A DNA stretch of 64,000 nucleotides from the human T2T-CHM13v2.0 reference genome, Homo sapiens (GCF_009914755.1 NC_060928.1); one strand, 5' to 3'; counted from the stretch's first letter, positions 1 to 14,163 are shown. Numbers and translations: made by a program. The notes: generated by a model not told the origin, from the letters alone.

Positions 1-581
1 GTAACTGTAACTTCCATTTTCTCATCTTAAAATTTGCAAATTTATGTTCTCTATATTTCTTTCATGATTAGCAAGAGGTCTCTGTCTTACATATTTTTTG
101 AACCTTACTTTCTCAATTTACTAATTTGTAATTTCTACTCTAATCTTTATTAATCCCCTTCTTTTTCTTAGACATAATTATGGCTATTAATATGCTGCTA
201 AATGCAACTTTGTCCCCATTCCATGTGTAGGTGTTCTTTTTAAAATTGTTCTGTGTACATTTTGTGATTGAATATTTGATTTTCTAGACATTTTGATTTT
301 TACTATTTAAAACTTTCTAGGTTTAATTCATTGATAACAGAAAATGTGGCTTGGATATGTAAGCTTTTTAAAGATTTGTAAGGGTTTTCTTTGCCTCTTA
401 CATAGTGATCTTCAAACTTTTTGCTTACATACTCACTAAAAGAATTTGATGAACTCAATACCCTCCTACACATTTTAAAGTTGAAGTCAAATACTTTTCA
501 TCACAAGTAAAAATAATTGCAAAGGATTAATTTCCAGTGTATGACAAATATTGATATTTTAAATAAATTGTTATATCACAA

Positions 582-808
582 TTTTTTTTAAGAGAGTCTC
601 GTTCTGTTGCTAGGCTGGAGTGCAATGGCATGATCATAGCTCATTACAGCTTTGACCTCCTGGGATCAAGCTATCCTCTCACCTCAGCCTCCCAAGTAGC
701 TAGGACTAAAGGTGCATGCCATCATGCCCGGTTAATTGTATCATTTTGTTGTTGTTGTGGAGACAGAGTCTTGCTATGTTGTTCAGGCTGGTCTGGAACT
801 GCTGGCCT
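582..808 (-). mobile_element. Alu (AluJ-like), partial, antisense
   Basis: T-run followed by gagagtctcgttctgttgctaggctggagtgcaatggcatgatcatagctc...; diverged and truncated. Confidence 0.9.
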
Positions 809-1244
809 CTATTATATCATGACTATTCAGTGTCCATTAATAATTATAAACAAATACTATATGCTCTTCCAATCGGATGCTCACCATCAGGTATTTATTA
901 ATAATTTACGAAACTCCTCAACACTAGAATATTTTACATTATTTCTTCTCTTTGAAATTTGTATTTTCATTCCACATTTCCTGGAATATTTTAATATAAT
1001 ATACCTTTATTCTTGAAATTCCTTTATTGTTCAACTTACTGTACCCTTCTGCAACAAATGCAGCCATATATATATTTGGAAAATGTCTATGGCTTCAAGG
1101 TCCTAAGAGATAGAAACAAAGATCTTCTTTGAATTTCAGAAACAAATGCTCTTCTTTGAGTTCCAAATACTGTTATAATCTGTACACACTTGATCCAAAA
1201 CCAAACATGTACGCTCTAATAAAAAATTATTGTTTATAAAAACT

Positions 1245-1550
<306 letters not shown>

Positions 1551-1555
1551 TTTGT

Positions 1556-1840
<285 letters not shown>

Positions 1841-2239
1841 ATTGTATTGGAAATGTATCTCCTGATGAGATGAGGTGGTAATTATAATTGTTCGTGGCTC
1901 TTTGATTTGCTGCTCTAGAATGGGCATTGCCTCATGGTAAGTTTCTAGGTAGATGAGAAAAGAAGCTCTTCTGTAGGTACCAGATCAGCCAAGTCAATAT
2001 AAGGGCCTGAAATGAATTCCTTTGCAACTGTTCAGGCTTACCTACCCCTTAGAAATTTTTTACTCACAGGATTATAGATACCATGGCTTGAAGACCACTG
2101 GTCTAATAGATGGTACATTTTTATGTATGATCATATTATGATTATTAATGCACTTGAAAATATTCTTATTTGTAGGCATCAGCATTTGCTCTCTATGCAT
2201 TCAACCATATTTAAATGTATGATTTAGATGAGTGAGTGT

Positions 2240-2433
2240 AATTCAGCTAGGGCACTATTTAGCATTGTGGATGGGATAATTCCTCTTTTTGAGAAACTGT
2301 CTCTTATATTTTAGGGACATCACTTAGTCTAAGTATCCTTAGAGGCTAACAGACATTGTGGCAACTCAAAAACTTCACACCCCGTTTCCAGACATTCTCA
2401 GGCAATGAGAACTGTCCCAGATTGAAAATTACC
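2240..2433 (-). mobile_element. MER20-like hAT-Charlie MITE, diverged
   Basis: ggcactattttagcatt...ggataattc...ccagacatt...ttgaaaattacc resembles the MER20 reverse complement. Confidence 0.5.
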
Positions 2434-3307
2434 GACATAAATCCCAAACATCCTTTTTAAGCCTGTTTGCTTCTTTAGAGGTTTAAAAGACCTGTTAAAC
2501 TGTTTTGTTTCTGTTCTTTGTGTGCATATTTCTTACTGTTTTGCTTTATTGACACATAGAGTTCATGCCTATTATATTTTCATTGTAGGCTGTAACCTTA
2601 ATATATATCCTTTTTTATCTAAGTGAATGCTTTCTTCTATCATAATTCTATTTTATTTGATATTAATATTGTATCCCCTTCTTTTTAATTGAACTTACCT
2701 GGTTTATGTGTGCCTCTAGCTTTGCATTTAACCTTCCCATTATCGCTGCTCCCTAATGCTGTTGTCCTCTTGTGCATAATGGTTGCAAGTCACATTGTCC
2801 CATCTCTCTGAGACCTACTCGTATCTACACACTTCAGCTCTTCAAAAGAGTTGATGTTAGTCATGCTTCATTAAAATTTCCCCCATATAAGTCCTCTGAA
2901 CTGCAAGGGCTTCTGAAGATGGGCAGTGCACACTTATTGGAGGTACCTTCCTTCCACTAGTCACAACTGCTGTGGATCCAGCAGAAATTCCTCACTATTT
3001 CTGGAATAGGAGGACTCCTTTAGTGGTAGGTTACCCCCTGGTTTGGTATCTTTAAGTCGTTTCATTTCATATTAGAACGGAAGACTGTTAGATGCCTATG
3101 CCTAAGTTGCCGTCTTATTTGAAAGTTGGTTATTTTTTTAAAAATTATTCTTTTTAAAATATATCAGTGATTATCAAATTATGTAAATACAAAACTGGTC
3201 GTGGAATGGAGAATGGGTGTGTCTACTATTGGTGTATATTACTTATTTAAAACTGATCAATTTTTTTTTTCTGGGTCAGTTTTGTGAAAGTGTAACTTAC
3301 TCAACAG

Positions 3308-3357
3308 AATGACTTGATGGAAGTTGTAGTGAACAAATCATATCATTGATGACGGGG
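3308..3357 (+). pseudogene. Putative decayed coding exon B (50 nt, phase 0 to 2)
   Basis: ttactcaacag| acceptor and GG|gtgtgt donor; reads NDLMEVVVNKSYH**R(G) with TGA TGA CGG, consistent with CpG decay of Arg codons. Confidence 0.45.
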
Positions 3358-3616
3358 GTGTGTTTTTATATGCCTAATAATGTTAGACTGAAATGCCATA
3401 ATACTAGAGGAAATTTAGAAAGCATTTTGTAGCTCTTAAAAGATTGATACTTTGGTAGCTTGCATTATTAGAAACCAGAACATCTATCTGCATACATATA
3501 CATACTTCTTTATTCAGTTCATAAATTTAACTTGTGAAAATGACAAGTAGTAGCAAGCTCACACTCGGGATTTAATCTTCACTGACTAATTCATCAGACA
3601 TTTTACCTTTCTGTAG

Positions 3617-3753
3617 TCACAGATGGTTTTAATGTCTGTCTGTATTGAACAATCACTCAGATGTGTCCATCTTCGTCTTTATTGGATAAATAATTCAGTA
3701 TCCCTCAAGTGACTATGATAATTGGATTCCAGAAGAGAATTCAAGGCTTCTAG
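3617..3753 (+). pseudogene. Putative decayed coding exon C (137 nt, phase 2 to 1)
   Basis: ttttacctttctgtag| acceptor and TAG|gtacta donor; reads (G)HRWF*CLSVLNNHSDVSIFVFIG*IIQYPSSDYDNWIPEENSRLL. Confidence 0.5.
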
Positions 3754-4509
3754 GTACTATCATATTCAAAATTTGATCTCTGTGTTCCAGTCTCTCTCGT
3801 ACATTTGAATATTTTCCAGCTTAAGTGGAATATATGGGACAGTAGTATTTTGTGTAAATTACTTAGAATAGATTTTGTAGAGAAGCCCTAAGTGTAACCT
3901 CTTTGCTTTTTAAAAATGGCATTTGCCATTCCAAAGTAAGTCCCTGGTGGTGTTACTTGACTCATTCCAAAATGACCTACACTTGATTAAGTGAAGTCTC
4001 ATCTAATAGCTGAAACTCCCCAGAGATTTTTAGTGGCTGTTTAAAATGAATGTCTGTATTTAAACCCATTTTAGTCTATAGCCAACCTTTATTTCCTCTA
4101 TATCCAGAGGCAGAAAACAGATGTATTTCTTTTTTCATCTCTTGTTGGTAAAAACAGATAGATGTTGTGGCAGTGGTTATGTGTATGACTTTTAATTGTT
4201 TGGGGTTGGAGAGAAGAAAAACCTGATAGCATATTAAAGTATTTAAGACAGGCTTGATGATTTCTGTGATGCTGGAGAAATGTATATTTTTATTGTCAAT
4301 GTTTTGAAGAGTTAGAAAATGTTTATTTTTAAAGAATGGTACTAAGAGCATAAAATTTCAGCAGTCCATTCTATGTTTTCAAGATTTATGTATATTATAT
4401 ATAGAAACATACATGTGTGTATATGTATCTATATATTTGGACACACATATATTTCATTTCTCAAGTTTTTATTGCTGTAATTCTCTGAATTTACTCATGC
4501 TTTCCTTAG

Positions 4510-5427
4510 GAGCCTCTATATCAACTGCAGAAGTGAACTTTTAGGTCTGACAGTGAGCTGAACAATACTTCCACGGATAAAGTACATGGTCTTGAAGATC
4601 AGCTGCTGTAAATGTTATAAGAACTTATTATCGATGGGAGAAGCTGAAGAATACCATCTCTCCTGTTGTCTCACAGGAGGTCATTACTGACATTGGTTTT
4701 GACATACTTGAATCTTCAGAAAGGTTATTATTGTCCACTTCTTAAAGTTTAGTCTGAACAGGCTTGTTCTACTTCTAAACCCAATTGAAATGAGTCTGTG
4801 TTCAACACTGTTTATAAGGTTCTCCATGCCAGAGGACAGCCGCTATCTATAGCAGAATGAAGATGAGGCAGAACTATTTCCGTGAGATATTTTTACTTCA
4901 AATATTTATTTCAAGGATTGTGCCACAGTTAGTATTTTAATTTGTTTTTAGTAGTGACCTTGGCTGCTGTGTATATTGGTACAGTGTGCTAGAGGCAGCA
5001 CTTTTCACTGTCCATTTTCTTCAAAATCTACGATTTGATCAAAACCTTTAAGCACTTTACAGTCTAGAACCTTTGAAATGACTAGAGAGTTGTATAGGGA
5101 TTGTTACCTTGGGTAGAAAGAGCCTTGTATGAGCATCCTGGGTGACTGTTTTCTGAGTTTTACCCGGAAGGAAGTGTGAAGACACTGTCTTCCGTCTTTT
5201 GCCGTCATCAGCGTTCCACCTTCATTGAGACCCTGCAAGACCCTGGCAGCCTTGGCTTCCAGGCATGGTTTACACCATGTGAAAGCAAACAAGTAAACAC
5301 AAATATCAAGCCTAAATTTATTTTTTATGGTCACAGAGTTCCTAAAGGTTAAAAACTTTCAGAATGGGTCTGCATAGGGCCCTCCCACCGGCCTCCTGAA
5401 TCCCTCCTCCAGTGACTTTCCTGTCAG
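4510..5427 (+). pseudogene. Putative decayed large coding exon D (BTB-like segment then start of a second MATH-like segment)
   Basis: gctttccttag| acceptor and possible CAG|gtttat donor. Frames include NVIRTYYRWEKLKNTISPVVSQEVITDIGFDILESSERLL, YWYSVLEAALFTVHFLQNLRFDQ and 5101-5427 LLPWVERALYEHPG*LFSEFYPEGSVKTLSSVF...KLSEWVCIGPSHRPPESLLQ*LSCQ; several frameshifts are required. Confidence 0.45.
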
Positions 5428-6014
5428 GTTTATAATGTCTTTTCGTTCTTTATTTCTTGATTGCATTCTATGATTTTCCCCTAAGACAAGCTGTATGATT
5501 AAATTACCCAAGTTTCCAGGATTATACTTTTCTTTACATAGCACAAGCTGTTTAATGCATTTTGTATCTGAGATGCAACAAATCACATCTGAGATACACA
5601 GATAAACAGCAGTTCATCTACTTTATTTTTTAATACTTATTTTTAATAATCAAATAAAATCATACTTTATGTCTTTAAATCATATTTTTAATTACAGAAA
5701 GTGAATATTGAAAAACAAAGTAAAAAATAATGAATAAAATTATGCAGATGCTCTGGAAAATACCTGGAGAGAACCTGTGACTAATTTGGTACAAAGCAGA
5801 ACAAATGTTAATTTAGTTATAGATTATATATACTTTTATATCATACCAATTGTCAATTTTACACATAGTGAGAACTGTTTCAACTGTAAAATGTCTTTCA
5901 GGAACAAATCTGAATATTAATTTAGCTTACTTGTTTCTGTGGAACTTAAACACTTTTGCACTTTTCTTTAGAATTTTGAATTTTAAAAAATTAAAAATAA
6001 CTTTTGTAATTGAG

Positions 6015-6081
6015 GTAATAATCCTCATTTGTAGTGTTGAAAATATTATTTTCATACTACTCTCATTCTTTAAAAATAAAC
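6015..6081 (+). repeat. Dispersed direct repeat, copy 1 (copy 2 at 7480-7546)
   Basis: gtaataatcctcatttgtagtgttgaaaata is identical in both copies (31 nt), followed by about 36 nt of similar sequence. Confidence 0.9.
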
Positions 6082-6444
6082 ACTAAAAATAACCAGTCCA
6101 GTAAAATTAAAGAATTAGTCAAATTTTTTCTAATGTCATGTGAAAATTTATTGACTATTTTATTTTTTGAAATATTAGTGCCATTGTAGTGCCAGTTAAA
6201 ATATTTAATGGTTGATGTACGGTACTTTGCTAATATTCATTCTGCTTATGTCATTCTTATAATATTTTTAGGAAAAAAATTTGAGTTTCATATGTAGAGT
6301 TTTTTTTTAAATAATTAATCTCCTGTAAAGAAGTGTGCCATATGGTGTAAAATTTTGCTGTACTATTTTTCAAGATTTTTTTGTAGCCCTCACCGTGAGT
6401 CTTCCCAATCACAGGCTTTCATCCTTATACAGTGACTTGACTCT

Positions 6445-6463
6445 TTGCCACTAGAGGGCAGTA
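6445..6463 (+). promoter_or_regulatory. CTCF-binding motif
   Basis: ttgCCACTAGAGGGCAGta closely matches the CTCF core consensus CCAC(C/T)AG(A/G)GGGC(A/G). Confidence 0.7.
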
Positions 6464-6509
6464 AAAAAATTTATATGTTAATAAATATACCATTGTAGCA
6501 TTTTTTTAG

Positions 6510-6597
6510 GCTTTTGTACTATTGTTCTAGAATATCAACCCTGGAAAGTTTATCTAGATGTCTGCTCTTCAACCAGAAAGGAAATACACAAACCTGG
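6510..6597 (+). pseudogene. Putative decayed coding exon E (88 nt, phase 0 to 1)
   Basis: tttttttag| acceptor and TGG|gtaaat donor; reads AFVLLF*NINPGKFI*MSALQPERKYTNL(G). Confidence 0.5.
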
Positions 6598-6746
6598 GTA
6601 AATTTATCTTCAAATCTTTATGGATTATACTTAAATTTTGTGTTGGTTATATTAAAACTAGTTATGATATTATAGATAAAATATTATTTAATCATGCAGA
6701 GTTTCTAGAAATGTATGGTTTTAAAGTACTCCTTTTGTTTTATTAG

Positions 6747-6825
6747 GGTGGGGATTATTTTAGGAATGGAAGACTTTTATGATTGATGGTTGTTGGCTAA
6801 ATTTTATTGGATAGATTCTTATTTG
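6747..6825 (+). pseudogene. Putative decayed coding exon F (phase 1 start; 3' end uncertain)
   Basis: ccttttgttttattag| acceptor; continues in frame as (G)WGLF*EWKTFMIDGCWLNFIG*ILI. Confidence 0.5.
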
Positions 6826-7479
6826 GTACATTTTATTTACTAGTATATTTTACTTGAAGGAATGTTTGTCTTTTAAAATGTTTTTCAATTTTTTGAAAAT
6901 TGTAGTTGGAAACTAAAAGATTCAGTACGTAAAATACTTTGGACCCAATACTTGTCATAATTTTCCTTAACAATATAGTTAAGTGTTCAGTTTAGTTTCC
7001 TGTTAGACACAAAATACAGTCTTTTAGCTTGGCAAGTTAAAAGTCTGTAATTTTCAGAAGTGGGTAGAATTACTGAGGGATAGAAATGTTAAAATTTTCT
7101 AATGATACTATACATGTTTATAATTTATTTAGTTCTGTGATGAAATACCAAAGACCACTTTTATGGATTAGTCAGGCTACGTTTTTATATTAACTTACCT
7201 TTTTATTTATTTTATTTTAATATAAATAAATTCATGAATTTGACGATTATAAATATATTTATTATAGTCAGCCCATCATCCCCAGAACACTGCAGCCTAA
7301 ACTCAGGCTTATGAGTACTTAATTACTAAATTGGAAAGTGTAGCATCTTGTTAAAACAGCAAGGCTTATGATATCGAATGTGTAATTTTGAAGAAATGAG
7401 GAATGCCATTTGTTTTTATTAAGCTGGGATTTGAGTGTTTGAAGAAAGCATTGAGGGAGGCATTTCTTTAGAAACTGAA

Positions 7480-7546
7480 GTAATAATCCTCATTTGTAGT
7501 GTTGAAAATACTATTTTTACAGTACTCTGACTCTTTATAAATAACC
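7480..7546 (+). repeat. Dispersed direct repeat, copy 2
   Basis: Matches 6015-6081. Confidence 0.9.
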
Positions 7547-9360
7547 ATAGGATCTACTGATAAATTGTTTTTTGTCATTTTCCATTCTATGGAGAATTCT
7601 ACGTAACTTCAAAATTAGAAGTAAACATTTTTGATCTCTTAATGGAGTATAATTTTCTTGTGAGGGAAAACCCAATATATATTGATTTAGGATTTCTGAG
7701 ATATAAGAACCTTTTTTATGATATTGATATTCTGTAAAAATAAATAAACGGATGGAATTATAAAGTCTTTTTCCCTGAAGTGTTGCCTGCACGTTTAGAA
7801 AATAAATGTATTTAGAAAAGACAAAAGTAAAGAATAGTTATTTTTTTTCACATAATCTATTAATATATTGTATTCTTCCTTGGGTATGATGGATAGCAAC
7901 AGGAAGTATTTGATTATAGTTTCAAAAATTGTATCAACAGTATTCTGTTTTGAGAATTACGATCTATATTATTGTAGAATTTTAAAAGTGGTTTTCCAGA
8001 TATCACATTTTTAATCTCTCTGAGCTGTGTGGAAGATTCACTTATTTTGGTCATGCTAAGCTTCCTTAGTGAAATTGGCACTAAAAATAAAACCAATAAT
8101 AATAATTTAACAAGTAAAATCTTGAGTGGAGTCTAGAATTTTACAGTAATTTAGCAAGATATCTTAAGTTTCACTCTCCCAGTCTTTCAAACTGAAGCCT
8201 TTTGCAAATATAGCTGCTGGAGGCTCTTGGTATCGTTAATTGTTTGCTAAAATATCCTAGAAACACAGCAGGCCAGTTTTCTAATGATGTTTTTCAAAAT
8301 CACAATTTCCTTTTGCCAAAGTGTGAAAGAATTGTTTTTGAAATACAGTTTTTAAGTTTGCTTGTAGGCCTTAAGTAACTAATATATTAACACATTTGCT
8401 TAAATTCATATATATGCATATATATTTAATTTTAAAAAGTGTCTTCGTAAAGATGAAAAGTTAAAATTTGGTTCTAATTCTATTTGGAACTCTGTATCTT
8501 TGAAAACAGTACTATTTAATGAACAATTGGTTGTATCATTTTAATTTTTCTTTTTTTTGAAAAATCAAAGCATATAGATATTTTATGAAATTTTCTTAGG
8601 CTTCTTGTATTTTAACTCTGAATTTATGTGGTGGATCTCTAGACACAATATGAATTTTCTGTCAATGACTAAAATATGGTTTTATTATGTCAAATCTGAA
8701 CTGACATATTTTTAGGCAATTGTTTCAGGGAACAGAGAATTGGGTATTTGATTTTGAGATATACGGAGTCATTTTATTGAGTTTGAAAGGCACAAGTAGT
8801 TGAGAGAGTTTCCTTTTTTTCTGTTAAATACTAGTCTATTTGAAGAGTCGTTTTCTTTTCTTTCTTTCTTTCTTTTTTAATATAATCCTCTTATCTATTG
8901 CTTGGGGTTAGAAGTTGAGAAATTGCATTTTGCCAAAGTGAATAATTGAGAATTTGTAACACAGACTCTGAAAAATAATTCAGAGAGAGGCCAAGAGAGT
9001 TTCTATAACAAGTCGTAAATATATTTTTTAAAGAAACAGACTGAAAAACTAATTTCTAAATCAAGATTTAAATGTAACAATAAACAAGGAGTTAAAGAGA
9101 AAGTCCAGATATAAACCTAAAAGTTAAATCGCTTTTCTTTATCTTGAACTTTGTGACAATAAAGAAGACACCTCATTTTCTCTTTTACTTTACCTTGACT
9201 TTTCTGAAATTCTTATGAAATAAGTATAGCTCCTGTTAGTTATCTGTTTTAAACAATCTTTTGTGCTTAAAGATTCATTATTCAGTAGGGTAAATCCTCA
9301 CCTTTACACTTACGTTGAGATTTTTTTAAAATTATTTTTCTACTTTAAAATATGATTATA

Positions 9361-9685
<325 letters not shown>

Positions 9686-11490
9686 TATAATTTACTTCTA
9701 ACAATAACTTAATGATTTTTTGCTTTATATCAAAATTTAAGAAGTGATATTTTCTTTGTTACTTTCTTTCATTTCTGGTTATTGTAATGGAAGGCAAAAT
9801 ATGACATACCAAAGAAGTAAATTTCTCTAGACAGTGCACAACACTGAAGTAAATGCAGATACTGTATCTTAATTGAGTATATTTAAATGCAATGTTAATT
9901 AAACTTATACTTCAGTTTTTACCTATGAACCTAAAACAAAAGCCACCAATTATACATTGAATTTTATTAAATATTGTATCTATAACTTATAAAAATAATG
10001 TAAATTCAGTGATTTTCATTGAGACATGCTGACCTAGAATCACTCACTGAAAAATAGGTTTTGAAGGGTAACTCTTATTTTACTATAAATACGTTTGGCT
10101 TAATTACAATAATGCTTTTCAATTTATGGTTCCTTTTCTTTCAAAATAAGGATAAAGTAAACCTAGTTATTAATATGCTTATATCTATATTGTAGATTTT
10201 TTGTATGTTCCTATGAACATAATACATACATTGATTTTATTTGCCTTTTAATAACATGGGCAGAATGTAATGTGGAAGGTACCACCACTAATTGTGATTT
10301 TAAAAAAATTACCCTTCAGTGTAATCCTGCAACTATTATTGTGGAATATATCAATATGATTAAATTTTGGCATTGCAGAACAGAATCTTCACTGCACTGT
10401 AGGTTAGAATACAAGAAAAATTGAAAATAAAATGAGAAAATTTCTTTCTTAACCTTTTGCAATTTTAGTATAATTTTGCTAACCTGTGAAAATGTCTACA
10501 CATAGGCATTGTCTTGTACATGGCAAGACAGCATTGTCTCTGACACACCTGCATTATTTGAGATGTATGCATTCATGTCAGTTCTTTTCAGAAACAGTAG
10601 GTAGGTATTACACAGGAATATGGTCTATTTTTATGGCCTTCTCCCATAAGATGCCTTCTTTGTAACATATCACAGTGTACTTAAAAGAGGTCATTAAAAT
10701 TAAAAAGATCCAAGGAAGCAGTTACGAGTGTAGACCTTCAATATATGAATTAATTTTGGATTTCAGATTCCTTTTAGATTTGTTTTAGCTCTCTACATGT
10801 CATATACTTAAAGTTTTCATTGAAATTAAGAATATTACCCAAATTTTCATATTGCTTTAGGAATATTTACAGGAAAAGAAAAAGAACATGTTTGTTCTTC
10901 AGCTATTTTTTTCTTTACGGAGCATATCATCACCACAATTTCATATTCAAGCTTTAAAGCAGAACTCATTAATGCATGTTTCATATGCGTTGCCAAAAAT
11001 ACAAAATTGTTTTCTTGCTTTATCTAGTGCTGAGATTTTTAGCTGGACTAACAACATTGTGTTTGTCTCTATGGCACATTATCAACGTGTCTCTGTAGCA
11101 GAAATAGTAGATGGTTGGAATAAATAGTAGACGTGCACTGGTGTGTGTTTATGTTTATGTAACAGTACCATTTTCCAGAGCTATCATTTAATACCAGCAC
11201 TTTATGCCATATTGAAGGACAGTTGCAAGCCAATGACTTGATGCTAGTTTGTAGTCACATAGTTAATGTAAGAGCCTAAAGGATCAAGCAACTCAGCTTC
11301 TCAAATATTAGGGTCATTTGATACCAGTTCTCCTAGATGTGATTTAACCATTGTTTCTAGAAATTAGAAATGGAACTACTATACTAATAACAAAAGGAGC
11401 AATGTGTGATCCCATATATCTCAACAATGAGGTATGTCTAGAAAGGTATAGCAATATAACAAGATTGTCAGTATATCCATTAGTATGTCT

Positions 11491-11872
11491 GTGTATTAGT
11501 CTGTTCTCACATTGCTATAAAAAAACTACCTGATACTGGTAGTTTTTCTTTATAAAGAAAAGGGGTTTCATTGGCTCACAGTTCCACAGGCTGTACAGGA
11601 AGTATGGCTGGGGAGGCCTCAAGAGACTTAGAATCATGGTAGGAGGCAAAGAGGAATGAGGCATGTCTTACATAGCCAGAGCAGGAGGAAGAGAGTGAAG
11701 GGAGAAGTGCTACCCATTCTTAACCAGATCTCGCGAGAACTCACTCACTATCACAAGAACGACAAGGAAGTCCTCCCCCATGAGCCAGTCACCTCCCACT
11801 AGGCTTCTCCTCCAGCACTCAGGGTTACAATTCTGCATGAGATCTGTGTGGGGACACAAACCCGAACCACAT
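11491..11872 (+). mobile_element. MST-family (ERVL-MaLR) solo LTR
   Basis: tgtattagtctgttctcacattgctataa...ggctcacagttccacaggctgtacaggaag...ggggacacaaacccgaaccacatc. Confidence 0.9.
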
Positions 11873-11974
11873 CGGCCTGTTACTTTCATGAGAGCGGGAC
11901 TCATGCTTTCTTACTATCAAGTTATTTCTAGCATTTATGACAATGACTAGACACCCACACAGTAGCAAATAAGT

Positions 11975-12210
11975 GATGATAGCAGCAAACATCAAGTGCC
12001 AGGTACTGTTCTAAGTACTCTGCATAGATGAGTGTATTTAATCCTTACACCAATCCGATAAGATAGGTACTATTTTTACCACCCATTTTACAAGAAATGA
12101 GGTGAAAAAGAGATGAAGTAACTGGCCTGAGGTCATGCAGCTAGTCAGTTGTGGAGCTAGGATTTGAACCCAGGCAGTGTGGCTTAACACTTAATGCTCC
12201 GAATCATTAC
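11975..12210. mobile_element. MIR SINE
   Basis: MIR core: cccattttacaagaaatgagg...aggtcatgcagctagt...ggatttgaacccaggcagt. Confidence 0.85.
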
Positions 12211-13559
12211 CATACTTCTCATGTGTATAGAGTGCACTATTACCAATCAATTTTATAGGCTCTGTTTCCTTGTTTTCCCTTTCACAGCTGACAGAACAGT
12301 GGTAATACTTTACCTTATTTGTTCCATGTGGTTATTTTTAATACATGGGGAAAACGAGAAAGTTTTAGAAGTTGGTTGATATGAATTACCCTTTGAATAC
12401 GATTAATTTTGAATGATTGTGTGCCTACCTATGAGAATTGTTTGTTAAAATTTTGTATGTCAGGAAAGATTCAGGAATATTAATATTAAATAAATTAATG
12501 ATAAAGAAAAGCTGTCGTGTTATTTCTGAACTGGAGTACCCATTTCAAAATGTATTAAAAGTTATGCAAATTGGTCCTTCTTAGAGTTACTGATAATTGT
12601 GTGATTTACTGTTAATGATCATGAAAGCTACTTGAGTTGATACTATGTCTGAATTAATTTATTTATGGAATTATAAGACAAAATTAACTTGTTAAAAAAT
12701 TCAGTACAGTAGATAATGCAAATATTATCATTTAATATACACTACTAAATTAATAGTTCTCTAATGGCCACAGATACTCCGTGTTTTAAGCCATGTTAGA
12801 CATTTTATGATGTTTCATTTTAACTTAGAAAGATACATAGTACCTTTATTATAAATCTGTTTTTCATAGTTTATTAATAATTCAAAAACTTTCAAGAAGA
12901 CATTTTATCTTATACCTCCTATAAATAAAGGTATACCATGTTCCTTGCAGGCACTGAAAAATTGTGGTATGGTATATAAATCAGTATTTTCTGGTAATGG
13001 ATGTGCAAATGGCTTTCACAGCCCTGTCCTCGTTTGTATTTTTAGGAGTGACATAAGTGTATATATAACATTTTCCCCTTCATTACAAATGCATCAGCAA
13101 AACTGCTGATACTGGAGTTGTAAGAGTATTAACTGGTTAATTTTAAAAGAGTGACAGAGATCCCTTTGTCTAATGGCAACTTTATGGAAATGAACATTTC
13201 AGATGACTTCACAAATTTTTTTTTCAGACTCCAAAACAAAGGATATTATATATCAATTTATCATCCTCATCCAGTAACATGCAATTATACCCAATTTCAA
13301 TCCTGACCAAGCAATCAATAAATTTAACCAAGTAACTATAAATACATTTGTCTCACATACTGTATGTGACACATATATGCATACATACAGTATGTTTATA
13401 AATACATACTGGAGTCTCACTAAATTTTTCAATATTTGATACTTTGCTTTAGAGGTAAATAGTGAACATAGAAGCAAAAAAGTGTGATGGAGTTTGATAT
13501 GATTTATCTGTGGGTTTCTGGAATTTGGTATTTTAAACTAAAATCTGAAAAACCAGTAT

Positions 13560-14070
13560 TTCGGTAATATTTTATTGAGCAAATGCTGGTGTTAGGTGTA
13601 CCATGTGAGCTGTTGGGATCCAATGCTGAGAAAGACAGCATCCCTGTTCTCAAGGTGTTTATAGTCGATTCAGAAATGCAGTCAAGGAAACAGGAGATTG
13701 TAGAGTATGACACTGGTTTTATACAGTTTTATGTACAGGATTCAATGGTAGCACAGAAGATGGGCAGCTAACCCACCTTAGGGGATTCTGTAGAGACCTA
13801 CTGGAGGAAATCACGTTTAAGCTGATACCTGAGCAATGAAGAGAAGGAAAGCTGAGCTAGGGACATATGTGGTGTCGGTTTTGCAGAGTAGGTAGCATGT
13901 CCAAAGCTGGAGCCGGAAGACAGTGTCAGGGAGCTGCACATAGATTAAAACCATCAGAGTGCAGGTGTGGAAGAATAACCATAAAGATGGAAACCAAACT
14001 GAGATATTTGGACTTTATCTGGAAGTAGATGGAAAGCCACTGGAAGATTTTTAAGCATCCAGGCTTTTAA
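13560..14070 (-). mobile_element. L2 LINE fragment
   Basis: ttttattgagcaa...atccctgttctcaagg...agctgatacctgag...ggaaagccactggaagattttaagca. Confidence 0.65.
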
Positions 14071-14163
14071 AAACCCTTTTAAATAAACTTTTAAAAAGAT
14101 TTAAAAAAGAAAAAGGTTCTACTTTGTTACCTTTCATTCTTAAGAAGTATTTTAATTGTGTTT

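Noticed and set aside
630-1016. 128-aa ORF, and other ORFs containing LECSG, PASAS or GVSPC motifs (e.g. 26468, 33351, 44511, 45114, 52184, 53693, 61091)
   Set aside because: These are translations of Alu sequence, not genes
4882-4887. gtgaga as a donor ending exon D early
   Set aside because: Protein-like frames continue past it to about 5427; it may be a cryptic site only
5104-5334. Minus-strand 76-aa ORF with ttgcag acceptor and AAG|gtaac donor
   Set aside because: It is the same-register antisense shadow of the plus-strand frame favoured for the fossil exon, with no partner exons. An antisense lncRNA exon cannot be excluded
8408-8425. atatatatgcatatatat palindrome
   Set aside because: Trivial consequence of a (TA)n repeat
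12951-12966. 16-nt AG/GT-bounded segment
   Set aside because: Too short, not frame-preserving, and such pairs are common by chance
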